The notes under the pieces were generated by a model, which worked only from the letters and a program-made list of their open reading frames with translations, made no database searches and was not told the origin of the DNA. From Thermoanaerobaculia bacterium (lineage in GTDB: Bacteria; Acidobacteriota; Thermoanaerobaculia; UBA5066): a DNA stretch of 64,000 bases. The stretch's first letter is position 1; every line of letters begins with the position of its first letter. The stretch lies in the NCBI GenBank assembly GCA_963816185.1, contig CAWFJJ010000021.1, positions 32,001 through 96,000 on the forward strand. Reading direction: 5' to 3'. Below are positions 58,597 to 64,000 of this stretch, piece after piece. Position numbers and translations under genes: made by a program.

Positions 58597-59442
58597 TCAG
58601 GCGAGCGCGCCGAAGCTGACCGCCGCGATGCCGCGGGCGGCGAGCGCCGCGCCGATCGCGCCCGATTCCAGGGCTTCGGACTCCTCGCACCACGCGTACC
58701 CCCAGTGATAGCGCGCCCGCGTGACGTCGTCCTCGTCGCCGGGGTGGAGGGCAACCTCGTAGTCGCCCTCGGGCAGATTTGCGACGGCGCGCGCGAAACG
58801 CGCTGCGGCCATGCGGCCCGCCTCGGCGAGGCCGAGGACTCGCGGCGGCTCGGGGAGCCCGGCTTTCTCGAGAAGCCGACGGCCCCGGCCGCCGAGGCGC
58901 GCGAGGAGGCCGGCGCGAAAGCGCGCGCCGATCTGGGCATCGGGCCGCGACGGCGGATCGTCCGCCCGGGGCGCGCGGATGAATGGCACCTTGAAACGGC
59001 GCGCGAGCGCCACGGTGACGGGGAAGAGCAGCGGGTGAAGGTGCAGGTTCTGGTGCGAGTCGAGATGCGTGACGGCGAGTCCGGCGTTTGCAGCCCGCGC
59101 GATCTGTGCTTCCCACTCGCGCTCCACTTCGGCCCGTCGGATCCGGCCGGCCGCGAGCGCGGCGAGAACGTGGAGCCAGTGCGGCCGGAAGGCGGAGCCC
59201 GCCAGCAGGGTCGGAACATCGCGCGGCGCTGAGACGGGCATCTCGCCACCGGTGATGCAAAGGTGAACGCCGGTTTCTGAGATGCCGGCCCCCCGGAGGC
59301 CGGCGGCCGCCGCCTCGAATGAGAAGCCGTTCGCGAGAAGGCTCGTGTCCGTGAGGAGGCTCCTTGCGCGCAGCCCGGCGATGCGTCGCGTATGCGCCGG
59401 CGCGAGACCGAAGTCGTCCGCGTTCAGGACGAGCCGCGTCAA
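58597..59442 (-). CDS. ChbG/HpnK (YdjC) deacetylase
   Basis: NADDFG, GVHL, THLDSHQNLH, HPG. Confidence 0.9.
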   Translation of the reverse strand: MTRLVLNADDFGLAPAHTRRIAGLRARSLLTDTSLLANGFSFEAAAAGLRGAGISETGVHLCITGGEMPVSAPRDVPTLLAGSAFRPHWLHVLAALAAGRIRRAEVEREWEAQIARAANAGLAVTHLDSHQNLHLHPLLFPVTVALARRFKVPFIRAPRADDPPSRPDAQIGARFRAGLLARLGGRGRRLLEKAGLPEPPRVLGLAEAGRMAAARFARAVANLPEGDYEVALHPGDEDDVTRARYHWGYAWCEESEALESGAIGAALAARGIAAVSFGALA

Positions 59443-60215
59443 CGCTTCGCCCGGCGGTCCGCGCGGATGTCGGGCGCGAGAAGCGCCATCTCGCGGAGGA
59501 TCGTCAGCACCGTGTGCGGAGACGACAGCGTCGAGAGCCCGCGCGTACGGGGAAAGTAGTCGAGGCCCACCTGCTGGATCACGGCGCCGCGCGCGACGCA
59601 GCGCCCGAGGAGCTCGGCGTCGATGAAGGACCCCTCGCTCCTGAGCTTCAGCGCATCGAGAAGGCTTCGCCGGATGAGCTTGCACGAGAAGTTCACGTCG
59701 CGAAGCACGATTCCGAGGAAAAGGTGCACGAGGCCGTTGTAGACGAACGAGTAGAGCGAGCGCAGGACTCCCTCTCCCGTGCGGTCGAGGCGGTACGCTG
59801 AGACGACGTCAGCGCCGGTGATCTCCGCGGCGCGGAAGAGGCGGCCCGTCTCGGCGAAATCCCAGGGCAGGTCGCAGTCGCTGTAGAGGATCCAGTCGCG
59901 CCGCGCGGCGGCAAAGCCGGTCCGGAGCGCGCCCCCGAGGCCCCGATTCGACGCGTGCGCGACGACGCGCAGTCGGGGCTCGCCTTCGGCGCGTGCCTGG
60001 GCGCGCGAAAGGGTTTCGTCCCTGGAGCCGTCGTCCACGAGAACGATCTCCCAATCGTCCGTATGCTCCTCGAGAGCCGGAATCGCGACGTCGAGGAGAC
60101 GCGAGATGCTCTTCTCCTCGTTGAACATCGGGACGACGAGAGAGACGGAGCGGGCGGGGCGCACGCCGCACGCCGAGGCCGAGCCGGGGTCTTCCGGTGT
60201 CACGGAGCGGAGCAT
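59439..60215 (-). CDS. GT2 glycosyltransferase (polyprenol-phosphate sugar synthase-like)
   Basis: VVPMFNEE, VDDGSRD, NRGLG.A, DCD, DVNF..KL. Confidence 0.9.
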   Translation of the reverse strand: MLRSVTPEDPGSASACGVRPARSVSLVVPMFNEEKSISRLLDVAIPALEEHTDDWEIVLVDDGSRDETLSRAQARAEGEPRLRVVAHASNRGLGGALRTGFAAARRDWILYSDCDLPWDFAETGRLFRAAEITGADVVSAYRLDRTGEGVLRSLYSFVYNGLVHLFLGIVLRDVNFSCKLIRRSLLDALKLRSEGSFIDAELLGRCVARGAVIQQVGLDYFPRTRGLSTLSSPHTVLTILREMALLAPDIRADRRAKR

Positions 60216-60236
60216 AACCGGCTTCAGCCGGCTCCA

Positions 60237-61328
60237 TCACGACACGAAGTGCCAGTTCACGAAGAAAGCGGCGCGCAGGAGGAGCAGCGCCGTCGAGAGC
60301 GCGAGTGCCGCGACGCGCAGGACGGGCCGGTGCTCGAAGAGCTCGAAGAGCAGGATGTGTCCGGGGAAGATCGTCGCGGTGTACCGCGGCACGCCGTTCG
60401 TCGTGCCCGTGAGGAATGCAAGGCCGAGGGCCCCCGCCGTCCACGCCGCGTCGGAATATCTGCGCCTGTGAAGCTGCACGGCGGCGAGAACGGCGAAAAG
60501 CGTGAAGTGCGCGAGCGGAGCGATCGCGCCCGGGTGCCGGAAGAGGGTGTCGCCCGAGAAGAGCGCGACCTGCTCTCTCAGGAACGACACGGCCCCGTCG
60601 ATGGGGCTCGTCGAGCGATGCTCCCAGGCTCCCATCGCGCGGAAGAAGAGCCCGGGTTCGCCCTTCCACCATCCGATCCCGAGCACGTATGCGAGGACGC
60701 CCGCGAGCGGAGCGACGGCGAGGGCAGCCGCCGCCGGCGGCCTCTTCTTCGAGCCGGGGCGGAGGACGTACGCGAGCGCGAGCGCGGGGCCGACCGCGGC
60801 CGCCGGGGCGCGGGTCAGGCCGAGCAACAGGCCGACGAGGGCCGCCGCAAAAGGACGCTCCGTGCGGATGAACCGGAAGGCGAGGAGCGCGAGCAGGAAG
60901 AAGAGCGACTCCGTGTACGCGGCCGCGAAGAAGAATGCCACGGGATAAAGGAGAAGAAACGGCAGCGGTCCACGTGCGCGGTCCGGCCCCAGGCGCGCGC
61001 GGCACTCCTCTCCGAAAAGAGGCAGCGCGAAGACGAATGCGGTCCACGAGACGCCCGTGAGCGCCCAAAGTGGGTTCAGGCCCGTGAGAAGGTAGAGGCC
61101 TCGCGCAAGCATCGGGTAGAGCGGGAAGAACGCGTGCGCCGCCTCCGCGCCCGGGGGCGGAGGCGGACCGTACCCGTTGCGGGCGATGCTGAAATACCAA
61201 CCCGAGTCGTAGCGTGCGAAATAGGGAATCGCCGCGTCGCCCCACGGCGAAGGGCGCGCGAGCGGCAGCACGTGGATGGCGAAGGCGGCCCAGAGGTGGA
61301 GAGCGGCGAGCCACGCGAGCGCGAGCAT
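60237..61328 (-). CDS. PIG-V-like mannosyltransferase (GT-C)
   Basis: RYDSGWY..IA..GY, AFFPLYP, YTESLF, PRY. Confidence 0.85.
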   Translation of the reverse strand: MLALAWLAALHLWAAFAIHVLPLARPSPWGDAAIPYFARYDSGWYFSIARNGYGPPPPPGAEAAHAFFPLYPMLARGLYLLTGLNPLWALTGVSWTAFVFALPLFGEECRARLGPDRARGPLPFLLLYPVAFFFAAAYTESLFFLLALLAFRFIRTERPFAAALVGLLLGLTRAPAAAVGPALALAYVLRPGSKKRPPAAAALAVAPLAGVLAYVLGIGWWKGEPGLFFRAMGAWEHRSTSPIDGAVSFLREQVALFSGDTLFRHPGAIAPLAHFTLFAVLAAVQLHRRRYSDAAWTAGALGLAFLTGTTNGVPRYTATIFPGHILLFELFEHRPVLRVAALALSTALLLLRAAFFVNWHFVS

Positions 61329-61418
61329 GGAGAGGCGCCTGTTCTCGACACCTCGAAAGGGCCACGGAAAAGCGGAGGAGGATTCAGGGGCGTTCGTGCC
61401 TGTAGTCTACGGGCGAAT

Positions 61419-62117
61419 ATGGAGAGGCGAAGCGAGACGACTGCGAAGGGTCTCCTCGCGCTGGGGCCCGGCGAATCGTCGGAGCTCTGGAAAGCCGCCT
61501 CCTCGCTCCCGCTACCCGAGCGCGTGCACCTCGCCCTGCGGTTTCGAAGCGCGCCCTGGACGAAGGTCGTCGGCGACCTCGAATCGGGCGGCGCGCTCGT
61601 GGATTTCGGGTGCGGTCCGGGCTTGCTCGCGCATCTCCTCGCCCGCACCGGCTTCTCGGGGACGTATCTCGGCCTCGATCCGGACCCGCGCAAGATCGAC
61701 CGCGCGCGCCGCTGGCTTCCGGAAACCGCGGCGCGAAGGTTCGAGGTGGGCGGCGTGGAGGCCGCGCCTCCCGGCGCCTTCTCGCAGGCGGCCCTGATCG
61801 ACGTTCTCTACCTCGTGCCGCCGGGCGAGAGGGTGGGCTTCGTCTCGCGCGCCGCGCACGCCCTCTTGCCGGGCGGGCGCATCGTCGCGCTGACGAGCGG
61901 AGGGGGCCCGCGCTGGAAGCGGCGGTTGGATTCTGCGCAGGAGCGGATCGCCGTCGGCCTCGGCCTCACGCGGGGTGCGGCGGTCGCGACGTGCGACGGG
62001 GAGGAGATCGCAGCGCTCTTTTTTGGCATGGGTCTCGAGGCAGTCGGGATCGCCGACGTCGGACGCGGCCATCTCCACGGGTTCGAGCTCGTCACGGCGC
62101 GCCGCCCCTCCGCTTGA
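61419..62117 (+). CDS. Class I SAM-dependent methyltransferase
   Basis: VDFGCGPG, GLDPD, DVLY, L.PGG. Confidence 0.85.
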   Translation: MERRSETTAKGLLALGPGESSELWKAASSLPLPERVHLALRFRSAPWTKVVGDLESGGALVDFGCGPGLLAHLLARTGFSGTYLGLDPDPRKIDRARRWLPETAARRFEVGGVEAAPPGAFSQAALIDVLYLVPPGERVGFVSRAAHALLPGGRIVALTSGGGPRWKRRLDSAQERIAVGLGLTRGAAVATCDGEEIAALFFGMGLEAVGIADVGRGHLHGFELVTARRPSA

Positions 62118-62186
62118 CGCCGCGTGCTTTTTCCGAAATCGTCCGGTGAAAGGCAGCCAGGCAACGGCTCTGCGGGAGGACGGACG

Positions 62187-64000
62187 GTGCCCTCGAAGGC
62201 GCTCCGGCAGTGGACGATTCCGCGCCGCGATCTTGCGGCTGGCGGGTCGGCGCTCGTGCGGCTCGCGCATCCCCTGCTGCCCGTATTCGTTTCGGCTCGA
62301 CCCGGGGCGAAAGGCCTCGTGCTCTCCGTCGAAGGAACGGGTCCCGCCCCGCTCACGCGTCTCGACGCACCCGCACGCCGCGCGTACCTGGTGAGGCTGG
62401 GCTCTCTCGCGGGATTCCTGTCGTTTCACGGCCTCGGCCTCGCCCCCGAGGACCTCTCCCGTCTGGGCGCGCGCCACGGTGAACCGGAACGGCCGGCCCT
62501 GGGCGCCCCTCCCGTCGCCGCGTGGCGCGCGGTGTCGCCCGCTCTCGTGGTTGCCGGCGCCGCCGTTCGGCTCGGTGGTGGAAACGCCGGAGGCAAGGAT
62601 CCGGAGTCGTTGCGCGGCGCGGTCGAGACGGCCCTCGACGGCGCGCTTCCCCGCGACGTTGCGGAGGACGTCGTCACGGCTCTGCGAGCGGAGGACGCGC
62701 GTGGACGATCCGAGGGACTCGTCTCCGAGCTGGCGAGGCGGGGTGGCGTCGGGCGCGCGGTGTCACGGGACCTCCTGGGCCTTGCTCTTCCGGCTGCGTT
62801 CGCCACCGACGAGGGCAGGTCGGGCCCCGCGACGGCGGTAGGAGATGCGTCTCTCTGGCTCGCCCGGGGCGCTGCGCGCCGGGAGGAGCCGCCGGCGTTC
62901 GCCGAGTGCACGGCGGGCTCCGCGCTGGAGGAAGGGGGAGCCCTTCGGCGTCTCGCCTTCGCTCTCGGGGACGACCCGCGTGCGGCCGGCCTGCACTCTC
63001 TCGCAAATGGATCGCGGCCGGCTCGCCCTGCCGAGGGCCCCCCGATCGCCCTCGTCGCGATTTCTCTCGAGCGATGGGATGCGCGGTCGCGCCGTGCGTT
63101 CGAGAGGGACCTCTTCCGCTACGGCTTCCGCCTCCTCGCGACTCGGGCCGGCCGCCTCGAGCCCTGGGAGGACGTGCCGCTCCTCTCCTTCCGCCTCGGC
63201 GCCGGGGATGCGGCCTCGCTCCTCTGGCTTCCGTTTGCGTCCGTACACGATGCCGTGGCGGCCTGGGGCGAGGCGGAGGATTCCGCTCGAGCCGCGGCGG
63301 ATGCCGGACGCATCCTCGAAGTGGCGCGGGATCTCGCCGCGCGGTTCGATCCGGGAGAGGGGCGTGTCGCGTCGGGGCGCGTGCGGCCCGCGAAGTCACG
63401 GCCCGGTCTCGTCCTCGAGGCGGCCTCCCTTCTCGCTCCGGGGTTCCGGGTTGCCGAGGCGGCCACGGCCGCAGGCGTCGCGCAGAAGACCGCGGAGGAG
63501 GCGCTTGCGAGCGCCGTCGACGAGGGAGTTCTCTTGCCCGCGCCGGAAGGGGAGCACGTGTATCGGGACGACGACGAGCGCCGACGGATCGCCTCGCGTG
63601 TGCCGGCTTCCGCGCGGCGAGACGCGGTGGCCCGCCTCGAGTCGTCCGGCGCCGCGGGAGAGCGCTTCGCGATCGCCGCTCTTGCCAGAGGCAACGCCGT
63701 TGATCTCGCGGCGGCGCGGGCCGCTCTCGACGTGGCAGCCGCACGCGAGGACCTCGCCGTGGCGGCCGAAATCCTCGCGCGCGCCCCACGAAAAGCTCCC
63801 GACCTGGGCCGGCCTCTTCTCGCCGTTCGGGTTCTGCAGGCCGCGGGAAGGCCTCAGGCCGCGCGGCAAGCGGCGCGGCGGATTTCGGCCGGGACCTGGC
63901 GCGAGGTCTCGCTCGGCGAGCGTCTCGCGACGGCCCGAGCGCTCGTCTCCCTTCGCGAGGAGGAGCGCGCGCTGGCGCTCTGCCCCGGGGGAGCGCCCGA
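62187..64000 (+). CDS. Large Ala-rich multidomain protein with degenerate kinase-like N-terminus, truncated by window edge
   Basis: GGAGG then GTG 62187; start and end translated by hand in the same frame (MPSKALRQW...RLAHPLL...FLSFHG; ...LREEERALAL); absent from ORF track, consistent with no stop. Confidence 0.7.
   Translation, partial: MPSKALRQWTIPRRDLAAGGSALVRLAHPLLPVFVSARPGAKGLVLSVEGTGPAPLTRLDAPARRAYLVRLGSLAGFLSFHGLGLAPEDLSRLGARHGEPERPALGAPPVAAWRAVSPALVVAGAAVRLGGGNAGGKDPESLRGAVETALDGALPRDVAEDVVTALRAEDARGRSEGLVSELARRGGVGRAVSRDLLGLALPAAFATDEGRSGPATAVGDASLWLARGAARREEPPAFAECTAGSALEEGGALRRLAFALGDDPRAAGLHSLANGSRPARPAEGPPIALVAISLERWDARSRRAFERDLFRYGFRLLATRAGRLEPWEDVPLLSFRLGAGDAASLLWLPFASVHDAVAAWGEAEDSARAAADAGRILEVARDLAARFDPGEGRVASGRVRPAKSRPGLVLEAASLLAPGFRVAEAATAAGVAQKTAEEALASAVDEGVLLPAPEGEHVYRDDDERRRIASRVPASARRDAVARLESSGAAGERFAIAALARGNAVDLAAARAALDVAAAREDLAVAAEILARAPRKAPDLGRPLLAVRVLQAAGRPQAARQAARRISAGTWREVSLGERLATARALVSLREEERALALCPGGAP

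Noticed and set aside
62158-62174. GG-N10-GC sigma54-like promoter
   Set aside because: Weak match, and the implied start site would fall downstream of the GGAGG RBS

Overview
GC-rich (roughly 68-70% by eye), densely coding bacterial chromosomal window. Its gene style (TPR and TolB-propeller Ser/Thr kinases, an S8 protease with tandem TDLxxxN/RxNVG modules, porins) suggests Acidobacteriota, probably Thermoanaerobaculia-like; this is inference. First half: truncated Tat-type small Cys protein, glycogen debranching enzyme and GH63 glucosidase, sulfate ABC with fused CysT-CysW and an Rrf2 regulator, GntR/SPFH/ICMT, a modABC-apbE-porin-FMN-binding-His-rich membrane protein operon, a K+ island (porin, two micropeptides, kdpABC, split kdpD, kdpE, APC transporter), lpdA and chrA. 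Second half: two kinases, pepE/OCD, DUF1223, YncE-phosphoesterase, S53 and S8 proteases, cstA, three GT-C glycosyltransferases, ABC-F, rpiB, lpxH-like, aroA, GT2/ChbG/methyltransferase and a truncated pseudokinase-like ORF. I saw no tRNA, rRNA, CRISPR or transposase. The most unusual signal is at DNA level. (i) An AT-rich motif, ~AGAT(T)TTCTTAGAA(A/G)G in purine tracts, recurs about 20 times, mostly inside unrelated genes in tolerant segments. (ii) A ~115-bp two-hairpin palindromic element occurs twice (11.9 kb and 50.5 kb), each time read through in frame within a gene and next to that motif. Two single-base frameshifts (kdpD-N and a GT-C gene) may be assembly errors.
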